Of a DNA stretch of 64,000 nucleotides, positions 37,145 through 45,517 are shown in pieces. The position numbers and the translations under genes are program-made. Source of the DNA: Candidatus Omnitrophota bacterium (GTDB lineage: Bacteria > Omnitrophota > Gorgyraeia > Gygaellales > Profunditerraquicolaceae); NCBI GenBank assembly GCA_018825985.1, contig JAHKAP010000077.1:566-64565 (forward strand), written 5' to 3'. Positions within the stretch are counted from its first letter, which is position 1. Each line of letters opens with the position of its first letter. The notes under the pieces were generated by a model, which had not been told where the DNA came from, ran no database searches, and was given only the letters and a program-made list of their open reading frames with translations.

Positions 37145-38410
37145 TTAAAACAATTTACCTATATATTCAATTGTCTTTTGGGTTGCCCCCCGGTTCTTGC
37201 CGATTAAAGTCTTTGCGCGCTCGCCCAAAGCAACAGCTTCCTGATAATTAACCAACAAATACTTTATTTTTTCCTGAAGCTCAAATTTATTATGAACTAA
37301 CACCGCTGCCTGATTCTTAAGGAAAAGGTCGGCGATATTGCGGAAATTGAACATGTGCGCCCCAAAAATAATCGGTTTGGCAAATATTGCCGGCTCCAAG
37401 ATATTTTGACCGCCATGTTTGACTAAACTTCCTCCTATATAAACAATATCCGCGATAGCGTAGAAATTAAGCAACTGGCCTACGCTATCCACGATAATTA
37501 CCGGACCTTTTTTAGAATTTAATAAACCCGTATTTAAAGAACTGAATAACTGGGGTTGTAAACCAAACTTCTTTATTAATCCGGAAATTTCATTTGAACG
37601 CTCAGGATGACGCGGAGCAATGATCAATCTTAAGTTTTTGATCTGGGCGGATATTTTTATATAAGCCCCTAAAATTATCTCTTCTTCATTAGGGTGGGTA
37701 CTGCCGCAGACCAATATCTTTTCATGTTCAGCAATGCCTAATTTGTTTTTTAGTCCAGCCGCGCCTACATTGCCCTCGGAATAATCCTTAAGATCGAATT
37801 TCACGTTACCGGTTATTTTTACTTTCCCGGGAGCAACCCCCAGAGCCAAGAGCCTCTGGGCATCCTGCTGTGTCTGCATGCAGAATGTATCCACTTTATT
37901 TAAAAGCGGTTTAAGAATAAACTTACAGCAATAATAACCCTTAAAAGAATTATCAGATATCCTGCCGTTGACCACCACTATCGGAATGCCGGAAGCGGAA
38001 ATATAGGAAATAATATTTGGCCAGATCTCAGTTTCCACGATTATAAATAATGATGGCCTAATCCTGGCAATCACTTTCCTGACTATTAAACTCAAATCCA
38101 GAGGAAAATAAAATACAAAATCTCCTTTTGCGGCGATCCTCCTGGCGATCTTATTGCCCGTAGGAGTTACGGTAGAGATAACCAGTTTTTTCCCGGGATA
38201 CTTAACCCTTAAGCCCTCGGCCAGTCCCCTGATTGCCTGAGCCTCTCCTACGCTTACCGCGTGTATCCAGATGGGCTCTTCAAAGCTCAAATCCTTGGGC
38301 AGAACCCCTAAGCGCATCCTAAATCCGGGATATTTCTTCTTTTTAAGGAAAAATACCGGAAGGTAAAATATTACAAATACCAGATAGATAAAGTCATATA
38401 ATATAAACAT
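37145..38410 (-). CDS. waaA: 3-deoxy-D-manno-octulosonic acid (Kdo) transferase
   Basis: IWIHAVSVGEAQAIRGLAEGL motif and GT30 architecture, 421 aa. Confidence 0.85.
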   Translation of the reverse strand: MFILYDFIYLVFVIFYLPVFFLKKKKYPGFRMRLGVLPKDLSFEEPIWIHAVSVGEAQAIRGLAEGLRVKYPGKKLVISTVTPTGNKIARRIAAKGDFVFYFPLDLSLIVRKVIARIRPSLFIIVETEIWPNIISYISASGIPIVVVNGRISDNSFKGYYCCKFILKPLLNKVDTFCMQTQQDAQRLLALGVAPGKVKITGNVKFDLKDYSEGNVGAAGLKNKLGIAEHEKILVCGSTHPNEEEIILGAYIKISAQIKNLRLIIAPRHPERSNEISGLIKKFGLQPQLFSSLNTGLLNSKKGPVIIVDSVGQLLNFYAIADIVYIGGSLVKHGGQNILEPAIFAKPIIFGAHMFNFRNIADLFLKNQAAVLVHNKFELQEKIKYLLVNYQEAVALGERAKTLIGKNRGATQKTIEYIGKLF

Positions 38411-38512
38411 AGTTTATCAAATTCCAATTACCAAATTCTAATAATCAAATAATACCCGGCAATCAATAACCAAAGTAAAGATTTAATTATTCGTTATAAT
38501 CTTCTCTTAAAC

Positions 38513-39373
38513 TTAAGCGCGGGGATGCGCTTTGTCATATACCCCTTTTAATTTCTCGGTAGTAAGATGCGTATATATCTGGGTAGTCGAAAGGTTGGCG
38601 TGGCCCAAGAGCTCCTGGACGCTTCTTAAATCAGCCCCGCGGTTCAAAAGATGAGTAGCAAAAGAATGCCTTAAGGTATGTGGGGAAACCCCCTTTTTGA
38701 TCCCGGCTATCGTGATATATTTCTTAACGATATTCCTTACCCCCCGATCAGTGAGCCGGCCACCCCTTTTATTCAAAAATACTGCCAGGCCGGATTTTTC
38801 ACGGTTATCCAGATAATCCCTTATCGCGCATATAGCCTTATCTCCTATGGGGACGATCCTCTCTTTTTTCCCTTTACCCATTACTTTAATAACGCAGCCG
38901 ATAAAATCCACATCCTCTAAGTTTAAACCAACCAGCTCGCTGATCCTAATACCCGTCGAGTATATGGTTTCCAGCAAGGCCCGGTCCCTAAAGCCCATTT
39001 CATCCTTAGGCAGGCTTGCTTCTATTAAGCGCGAGACCTCTTCTTCAGTCAGGAACGAAGGAAGATGTTTGTCTAATTTAGGGCTAGAGAGGCTCAATAT
39101 CGGATTAGTCTTAAGATAGCCTTCGCGGGTAAGGAATTTAAAAAAAGATCTCAAGGTGGATAGGCGGCGGGAAACGCTCCTGGCGCCTAAGCTTTTTTCT
39201 TTAAGCGCTGCCAGGTATTTTCTTAAAGTCAGGTAATCAACGCATTCAACGGTTTGTTCTTTTAAGAAAAGTTTAAAATGAAGTAAGTCTAACTGGTAAT
39301 TTAAAATGGTATGGCGGGAATAATTCTTTTCAATATCCAGGTAACGCATGAATTTCTCAATATATCTATCCAT
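38513..39373 (-). CDS. xerC: tyrosine recombinase XerC/XerD family
   Basis: N-terminal SAM-like domain and a C-terminal catalytic region with the R..HTLRHSFATHLL..GADLRSVQELLGHANLSTTQIYTH motifs. Confidence 0.85.
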   Translation of the reverse strand: MDRYIEKFMRYLDIEKNYSRHTILNYQLDLLHFKLFLKEQTVECVDYLTLRKYLAALKEKSLGARSVSRRLSTLRSFFKFLTREGYLKTNPILSLSSPKLDKHLPSFLTEEEVSRLIEASLPKDEMGFRDRALLETIYSTGIRISELVGLNLEDVDFIGCVIKVMGKGKKERIVPIGDKAICAIRDYLDNREKSGLAVFLNKRGGRLTDRGVRNIVKKYITIAGIKKGVSPHTLRHSFATHLLNRGADLRSVQELLGHANLSTTQIYTHLTTEKLKGVYDKAHPRA

Positions 39374-39417
39374 AATCCTTTTTTGTTTCCTAGCGCTGCA
39401 ACACTTATCTTGGCGTG

Positions 39418-39542
39418 GGACAATCTCTAAAAAGCGGGAACACGAACTTTTTTGTTTGCGCCCTCTTCAATACTAATCTTGTCGTGGGACAGTCCCCTGA
39501 CCAGACTTCGCCTATAGCTTTCTACGGGGACAGTCCCTGTTG
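39418..39542. repeat. GGGGACAGTCCCC-family palindromic repeat elements (3 copies)
   Basis: gggacaatctc at 39418-39428, gggacagtcccc at 39487-39498 and ggggacagtccc at 39527-39538. The 39487-39542 segment is about 80% identical to 47884-47942. Confidence 0.55.
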
Positions 39543-41582
39543 GCTACCCGGGTCGTCGGTTTCGTTTTTCGAACCTTTATCGTCGTCTGTTTCACTTTTG
39601 TCCTGAGGCAGATTCTTAGAGACAAACCTGCACTTAGGGTAATTGGAACAACCAAAAAAGAAACCCCTTTTGGAACGCCGCTCGATCAATTCTCCTCCAC
39701 AACCGGATTCCGGGCATTTGACCCCGCTGGTTATAGATTTGGAACTCTTGCAAGCCGGATAATCTGAGCAGCTTAAGAATTTACCTTTTCTGCCCCATTT
39801 AATTATCATCGGTTTTCCGCATTTATCGCAAGACTTATCGGAAATAATCACCTCTTTTACAATATTCGCCTGGGCAAAATCCAGGCTGACTTTAAAAGGC
39901 TGGTAAAAATCATTTAACACTTTGAGTTTGTCGATCTTGCCTTCTTCGATCTGATCTAATTCTTCTTCCATCCCGGCGGTAAACTTAACATCAATGACCT
40001 TGGGAAAATATTCCACCAGCAGATCACAGACTTTAAATCCCAGCTCAGTAGGCTGAAGATAACCTTTTAACCTGCGCACATAATCCCTGTACACCAGGGT
40101 ATAAACTATCGGGGCATACGTAGAAGGCCTGCCAATACCTTCCTCCTCCAAAACCTTTATCAATGAACTATCGGAAAACCTTGCCGGCGGCTTGGTAAAA
40201 TGCTGAGAGGGGATCAATCTTTCCAGCCTTAAAACCTCTCCTTTTTCCAAAGTAGGGATGATATTTCTTTTCTTATCATCCTCGCCATTATTATTTTTGC
40301 TGTATACCTTGCTATACCCATCGAATACAAGAACGCTCCCGGAAGCGCTGAACATGTAAATTCCTACGGATATATCAACCGATGTTGCCGAATATACGGC
40401 CGGATTCATCTGGCTGGAGATGAAACGGTTAAAGATCAAATCATAGACTTTATATTGTTCCGGGTTTAAAAAATCTTTAAGGCTCTCGGCAGACCGATTG
40501 ACCATGGTCGGCCGGATCGCTTCATGCGCTTCCTGGGCGAATTTTTTGGTCTTATATACCGGAGGAGTCTGAGGAAGATACTCTTTTCCATATTGCTTTT
40601 GAATAAAATTTCTTGCTTCCTCAAGAGCTTCTTTAGCTACAGAAACTGAATCCGTGCGCATATAAGTTATAAGACCGACCGGCGCTTCTTGCCCGATATC
40701 AATACCTTCGTAGAGCTGCTGGGCAACGATCATAGTTTTAGTAGCATTAAATCTTAATTTGTTAAATGCCTCCTGCTGTAAAGTGCTGGTGATAAACGGC
40801 GGGTCAGGAAAACGCCTCTTTTCGTTTATTTCTATGCCGGAAACCACAAACTTTTTTCCTTTAATATCAGCAGTCAGTTTATCCGCATCGGTCTGGTTAC
40901 CTATTTCAACTTTCTTATCTTCTATCTTAGCCAACTTCGCCGTAAATAGGCCGGCGTCAAGGTGCCCTTGTGTCTTGGCGGCTTTTTCCAGCTCTGCCTC
41001 GACCTCCCAATATTCCTTAGGGATAAAGGCCGCAATCAGCCTCTCCCGCTCAACAATTAATCTTAAGGCAACAGATTGCACCCTTCCGGCGCTTAAACCC
41101 CGTCCGATCTTCTTCCAAAGCAAAGGACTTAAAAAATAACCCACTAACCTATCCAATATCCTGCGGCCGGCCTGGGCTTCGACCATATTAGCGTCAAAAT
41201 CCCGCGATTTACTGAAAGCGGTTTTAACCGCCTGAGAAGTAATTTCATGAAAAACTACCCGCAGGATATTTTTACCCTTAAATATTCTGTCTTTAATATG
41301 CCAGCCGATCGCCTCACCCTCGCGATCAGGGTCAGTAGCAATATAAATAGCCTCTTTTCCTTTGGACATTTTTTTCAGGCTGTCCAGGATCTTTTTTCTT
41401 CCGGAGATAACCACGTAATCCGGTTCAAAATTATTGTCTACATCAACGCCGATCTTTTTTTGGGGCAGGTCGATCAGGTGACCCATGGACGGGACCACCT
41501 CGAAATCGCTGCCTAATATTTTGCTGATGGTCTTGGCCTTGGTCGGCGACTCCACTATCACTAAGCTACTCTTTTTCTTCAT
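39522..41582 (-). CDS. topA: DNA topoisomerase I
   Basis: MKKKSSLVIVESPTKAKTISKILG Toprim N-terminus and C-terminal Zn-ribbon repeats. The last codons (GLSP-stop) are encoded by the palindromic repeat. The exact stop is offset by 1 nt from the ORF-track coordinate by my reading. Confidence 0.9.
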   Translation of the reverse strand: MKKKSSLVIVESPTKAKTISKILGSDFEVVPSMGHLIDLPQKKIGVDVDNNFEPDYVVISGRKKILDSLKKMSKGKEAIYIATDPDREGEAIGWHIKDRIFKGKNILRVVFHEITSQAVKTAFSKSRDFDANMVEAQAGRRILDRLVGYFLSPLLWKKIGRGLSAGRVQSVALRLIVERERLIAAFIPKEYWEVEAELEKAAKTQGHLDAGLFTAKLAKIEDKKVEIGNQTDADKLTADIKGKKFVVSGIEINEKRRFPDPPFITSTLQQEAFNKLRFNATKTMIVAQQLYEGIDIGQEAPVGLITYMRTDSVSVAKEALEEARNFIQKQYGKEYLPQTPPVYKTKKFAQEAHEAIRPTMVNRSAESLKDFLNPEQYKVYDLIFNRFISSQMNPAVYSATSVDISVGIYMFSASGSVLVFDGYSKVYSKNNNGEDDKKRNIIPTLEKGEVLRLERLIPSQHFTKPPARFSDSSLIKVLEEEGIGRPSTYAPIVYTLVYRDYVRRLKGYLQPTELGFKVCDLLVEYFPKVIDVKFTAGMEEELDQIEEGKIDKLKVLNDFYQPFKVSLDFAQANIVKEVIISDKSCDKCGKPMIIKWGRKGKFLSCSDYPACKSSKSITSGVKCPESGCGGELIERRSKRGFFFGCSNYPKCRFVSKNLPQDKSETDDDKGSKNETDDPGSQQGLSP

Positions 41583-41674
41583 TCAATTCTCCTGAAATTC
41601 CGACTTTAACGCGGATTACCGCTGATTTTATCTGCGGATATCCGCGGGCTTTAATATCCGTGAAAATCCGCGCC
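41583..41674. other. intergenic gcggat-palindrome cluster between dprA and topA
   Basis: A perfect 12-bp palindrome gcggatatccgc, flanked by cgcggatta and aaaatccgcgcc, which can close a larger stem. Confidence 0.3.
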
Positions 41675-42766
41675 TTAGTTCCTCACAAATTGTTTACCTG
41701 GTAACTGGCGGATTAATTTTCTCAATTCCAGTTTCAGAAGCAGATGCGCCGCTTCTGTCATATCCATATCCGACCGCTCCAAAATATCATCCAATACTAC
41801 CGGGTAGTTGGAGAGCAGGTCATAGATCAAAAGTTCCCGCTCGGTCAAAGAAAACGGTTCTCTTTTATTGACCAGGGTATCTTTAACAGGAGCAATATTC
41901 AGTTCTTCCAGAATATCATCGATCCCACAAACCAGTTTTGCTCCCTGCTTAATTAATTCATTGGTCCCTTGGGAATTCGCTGTGTCAATTTTTCCGGGAA
42001 GAGCGAAAACATCCCGTCCCTGCTCCAGGGCAAAATCAGCGGTAATCAGGGCTCCGCTATTGCGGGCAGCTTCCGCCACTAAAACGCCCAAACTCAATCC
42101 GCTGATCACCCTATTGCGGCGGGGAAAATTCTGCTTGAATGGCTCGGTATTCATAGGGAATTCCGATATAACAGCTCCGCTTTTAGCGATCTCCAAAGCC
42201 AGCCTTTTGTTCTCCGGAGGATAAATCTGATTGAGACCGCTTCCGATCACAGCAATGGTCCGGCCCCCGGCTTTTAAAGCCCCTTTATGAGCATAAGTAT
42301 CCACACCCCTGGCCAAGCCAGAGACAATGGTTAAACCTTTACCAGATAAATCATGAGCGAACTTCTCGGCGCAAGATAAACCGTAAAAAGAAGCCCGGCG
42401 GGAACCTACAATTCCTAAGCTGAATTTATCTTCTTTTTTTAATTCCCCCTTAACATAAAGTATAATCGGAGGATCGCTGATCTGTTTTAAATTCTCGGGA
42501 TAATCTTCATCTTTATAAGAGATGATTTCTATATCCTGTTTCCTGGCCAGGCTCAATTCTTTATCCAAATCCCCTTCTTTTAAAGAACCGATCTTATCCG
42601 CGATTATGTTGCCGATGCCTGAGGCCCTGATCAATTCTTCCTTCGGCGCTTTCAGGACATTTTGAGGCGTTTGAAAATACCCCAGCAGCCTTTTAAGACG
42701 AATGCTGCCGAGATCTAAAATAAGATTCAGACCAACCAGGGATTCAAATTCAGATATATTCTTCAT
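41675..42766 (-). CDS. dprA: DNA processing protein DprA (Smf)
   Basis: Rossmann-like core [36 protein letters not shown]. 363 aa. Confidence 0.85.
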   Translation of the reverse strand: [363 protein letters not shown]

Positions 42767-43263
42767 ACGATCAACTCAGAAACTTTTTTTACCACTTCCT
42801 TCAAAGAGATATCCGAGGTATCGATATTGTAGTCTGCTAAAGCGTAAAAATGAGAGCGCTCTTTTAAAAGTTCTTTAATTTTATTTACCGGATTATCCAC
42901 ATTTAATAACGGCCGATGCCCGTAATTTTTAGTCCTGGTTAAAATTACTTCCGGACGGGCAGACAGGCAAACCATTATACCGGTATTCTTCATCAAGGCA
43001 ATATTATCTTTATCCATCACAATACCGCCGCCGCAGGAAATAATCTGAAAATCATTCCGGGAAACCCCGACCAAGATTTTTTTCTCCGAGTCCCGGAAAT
43101 AAGTTTCTCCTTTTTGCGCGAAGATTTCAGTAATAGCCAAGCCTTCCTTTATCTCCATCAGATCATCCAGATCAACAAAAGTCATTTCTTTCTGCTTAGC
43201 CAATTCCCTGGCTACGCTGGTCTTTCCGGTTCCCATAAAACCGATCAAGTAAATATTCTTCAT
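42763..43263 (-). CDS. aroK: shikimate kinase (start taken at internal ATG 43261-43263)
   Basis: MKNIYLIGFMGTGKTSVARELAK P-loop. The ORF-track extension to 43293 begins at GTG and adds 10 non-conserved residues. Confidence 0.8.
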   Translation of the reverse strand: MKNIYLIGFMGTGKTSVARELAKQKEMTFVDLDDLMEIKEGLAITEIFAQKGETYFRDSEKKILVGVSRNDFQIISCGGGIVMDKDNIALMKNTGIMVCLSARPEVILTRTKNYGHRPLLNVDNPVNKIKELLKERSHFYALADYNIDTSDISLKEVVKKVSELIV

Positions 43264-43370
43264 ATTGACATTTGCTCGGCTTGCCTCAACCACTCGGCAA
43301 GCCTGCTAAACGCGGCTCCTTGCTCGTCGCCGCAGCAGCCCATAAATCCGACTAAATAAATATTATTCAT
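43260..43370 (-). other. 36-codon upstream ORF duplicating the aroK N-terminus, ATGA-coupled to aroK
   Basis: The minus strand encodes MNNIYLVGFMGCCGDEQGAAFSRLAEWLRQAEQMSI. Its first 11 residues match aroK's MKNIYLIGFMG at 9 positions. Its TGA stop overlaps the aroK ATG. Confidence 0.35.
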
Positions 43371-43380
43371 GCCTCACTGA

Positions 43381-43443
43381 AAATGGGGTCAGAATTATTT
43401 TTTTTCCGAGTCAGATGAATAAAAAATAATTCTGACCCCATTT
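43381..43443 (-). terminator. second copy of the 22-24-bp conserved-stem hairpin (terminator-like)
   Basis: aatggggtcagaattatttttttt pairs with aaaaaataattctgaccccatt. The stem sequence is identical to 26497-26558 but the loop differs. It lies downstream of spoVG. Confidence 0.55.
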
Positions 43444-43455
43444 TTCCTTATTGCG

Positions 43456-43719
43456 TTATTCTTTGTAAGCTGACAAAATCACCGAGCTTAATTGTTCTTT
43501 AAGCTCTTTAGTGGTCGGGTAAACTGTGCTATACCATTTACCGTCTTTGCCCAGATGCCGCGGCATACTCACAAATAAACCCTTGCTGCCGTTAACAACG
43601 CTAAAACCTTTGACCACTATTCCGGCTAAGGCAACATCGGCAAAAGCCTTTAGCTTGGATTCACCGTCAAAGCGATAGATCCGGCTGACCTGGATCAAAC
43701 TATCTTTCATGTCGATCAC
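43456..43719 (-). CDS. spoVG: SpoVG family protein
   Basis: An 87-aa protein with the motifs ...LKAFADVALAGIVVKGFSVVNGSKGLFVSMP.... Confidence 0.8.
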   Translation of the reverse strand: MIDMKDSLIQVSRIYRFDGESKLKAFADVALAGIVVKGFSVVNGSKGLFVSMPRHLGKDGKWYSTVYPTTKELKEQLSSVILSAYKE

Positions 43720-43764
43720 CTCCTTTTGCCTTAATAGACGCAGGAGATGATATTATCTAACTAA

Positions 43765-44805
43765 CTATTTTATTCTTTTTAAGTAACTACTGTAACTGGC
43801 CTTAATATCGCCTAAACAGTCCCCTCCGAATTTCTCAAGGATTGCGTCAGCTAATACATAGGCGCAGACTGACTCCGCCACCACGCCGGCAGCCTCAACT
43901 ACACAAACATCCGAACGCTGGACACTGGCTGAAGCAGTTTTTTTAGTGATAATATTCACTGAGTTCAAAGGATCCATTAAGGTGGCGATCGGTTTCATAC
44001 AAGCCCTTATTACGATATCCTCGCCGTTGGAGATCCCGCCTTCTATGCCTCCGGCATTATTGGTAAAGCGGTGAAACCCTTTTGTTTTAGAATAAAATAT
44101 CTCATCATGAAGAAGAGAGCCAAATTCTTCAGCAAAACCAAACCCTAAACCGATGTCCATCCCCTTGACCCCGGGAATAGACATGATCCCGGCGGCAAGA
44201 CGGGAATCCAAACGCCTGTCCGGCTGAACATAACTTCCTAAACCTGCCGCAGCGCCTTTTATCACCACCTCAAATATCCCGCCTAAAGTATCTTTCTTAA
44301 TAAAAGCCTCATTTATCCTATCTTTTATTAATGCAGAGTCAGACTCTCCGCCGATCAACAATACTTGACTGGATATCTTAACTTTAAAATTTTCCAGAAA
44401 AATCTTACAAACAGCCCCGATACTTACGGTTGAGGCAGTGCTGCGGGCTGAAGCCCTTTCCAGAACTTCACGGCAGTCGCTAAATCCGTATTTTAATAAA
44501 CCGGCCAGATCCGCATGCCCGGGCCGGGGAGACAAAACTTTATTCAATTTCTCTATTCCCCGGTCCTTATTCTGGATCAATAAAGCAATGGGGCTGGCAA
44601 TGGTAACTCCTTTTTTCAGGCCGGAGATTATCTGAACCCGGTCATTTTCTATTTCCATCCGCTTACCCCGGCCAAAACCGGATTGCCGGCGTTTTAATTC
44701 CTGGTTGATCCGGACAGGATCTATTTTAAGCCCTGCCGGAAGGCCTTCCAGGATCGCTATTAACCCTCTGCCGTGCGATTCTCCCGCAGTTAATTGTCTT
44801 AACAT
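43765..44805 (-). CDS. aroC: chorismate synthase
   Basis: MLRQLTAGESHGRGLIAILEGLPAGL N-terminus and GRGKRMEIE motif. 346 aa. Confidence 0.85.
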   Translation of the reverse strand: MLRQLTAGESHGRGLIAILEGLPAGLKIDPVRINQELKRRQSGFGRGKRMEIENDRVQIISGLKKGVTIASPIALLIQNKDRGIEKLNKVLSPRPGHADLAGLLKYGFSDCREVLERASARSTASTVSIGAVCKIFLENFKVKISSQVLLIGGESDSALIKDRINEAFIKKDTLGGIFEVVIKGAAAGLGSYVQPDRRLDSRLAAGIMSIPGVKGMDIGLGFGFAEEFGSLLHDEIFYSKTKGFHRFTNNAGGIEGGISNGEDIVIRACMKPIATLMDPLNSVNIITKKTASASVQRSDVCVVEAAGVVAESVCAYVLADAILEKFGGDCLGDIKASYSSYLKRIK

Positions 44806-44908
44806 ATATTACCTCCTCGAATACAATTATACGCCAACGGCGCATTTAGTGAGATCAGCCGAAGGGCGTCAAATCCATTTGATGCTCTATTAAAGCGCGT
44901 AGGCGGAA

Positions 44909-45490
44909 TTATTTCCACAGCCCCCGGTTATTCTCTCTGGCCTCCTGATATAACTGACGAAAAATATCCGCATATTTTACATTCGGGGATATAGTCATCA
45001 GGGAAGCAAAGCCTTGTTTTACTATCTCGGCGTTAACAAATGTCCCATCCGGCAAATAAACATAAGCCAATAATCTCCCGTATTTATCTTTTCTCTCAAC
45101 GTCAAATTCCAACCTGACATTTCTTCCCTGAACTAAATTCCGGGTAAACTCGTAAGAACGCCGGCCTAATTTCTTGATCTGTTCAGCGTCCTGGTGGCTG
45201 CGCCGGCTATCCCGGAGAAGTTTGCTTGAATCGTGCATCTCCGGAGTGTCGATACCGATCAAACGCACTCTTTCGCCATTCTCAAGTTTTAAAGTATCCC
45301 CGTCAACTGCCCTGGTTACCAGAATATTGTTATAATCGGATTTTTTACCAAAAGGAAAAAATATCTTCCAATCTGAAAAAGAATAATTCTTTCCCGAAGC
45401 CGCAAAACTCAAAGAAACAGCTAAAGTCAGAAAAAAAACAGCCAGCCCGGCAATCCTGATTTTTCTCACTCTCGCTCCTATTTTACGCAA
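44909..45490 (-). CDS. secreted thermonuclease (SNase-like)
   Basis: Signal peptide, then VDGDTLKLENGERVRLIGIDTPE and the conserved basic and acidic catalytic residues. Confidence 0.8.
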   Translation of the reverse strand: MRKIGARVRKIRIAGLAVFFLTLAVSLSFAASGKNYSFSDWKIFFPFGKKSDYNNILVTRAVDGDTLKLENGERVRLIGIDTPEMHDSSKLLRDSRRSHQDAEQIKKLGRRSYEFTRNLVQGRNVRLEFDVERKDKYGRLLAYVYLPDGTFVNAEIVKQGFASLMTISPNVKYADIFRQLYQEARENNRGLWK

Positions 45491-45517
45491 AACTTCATTT
45501 TTATTTTACTCTTTTTA

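Noticed and set aside
39523-39570. Unusual acidic, Gly/Ser-rich C-terminal tail of TopA as a separate domain
   Set aside because: It is low-complexity and partly encoded by the palindromic repeat. It is likely a disordered extension rather than a domain.
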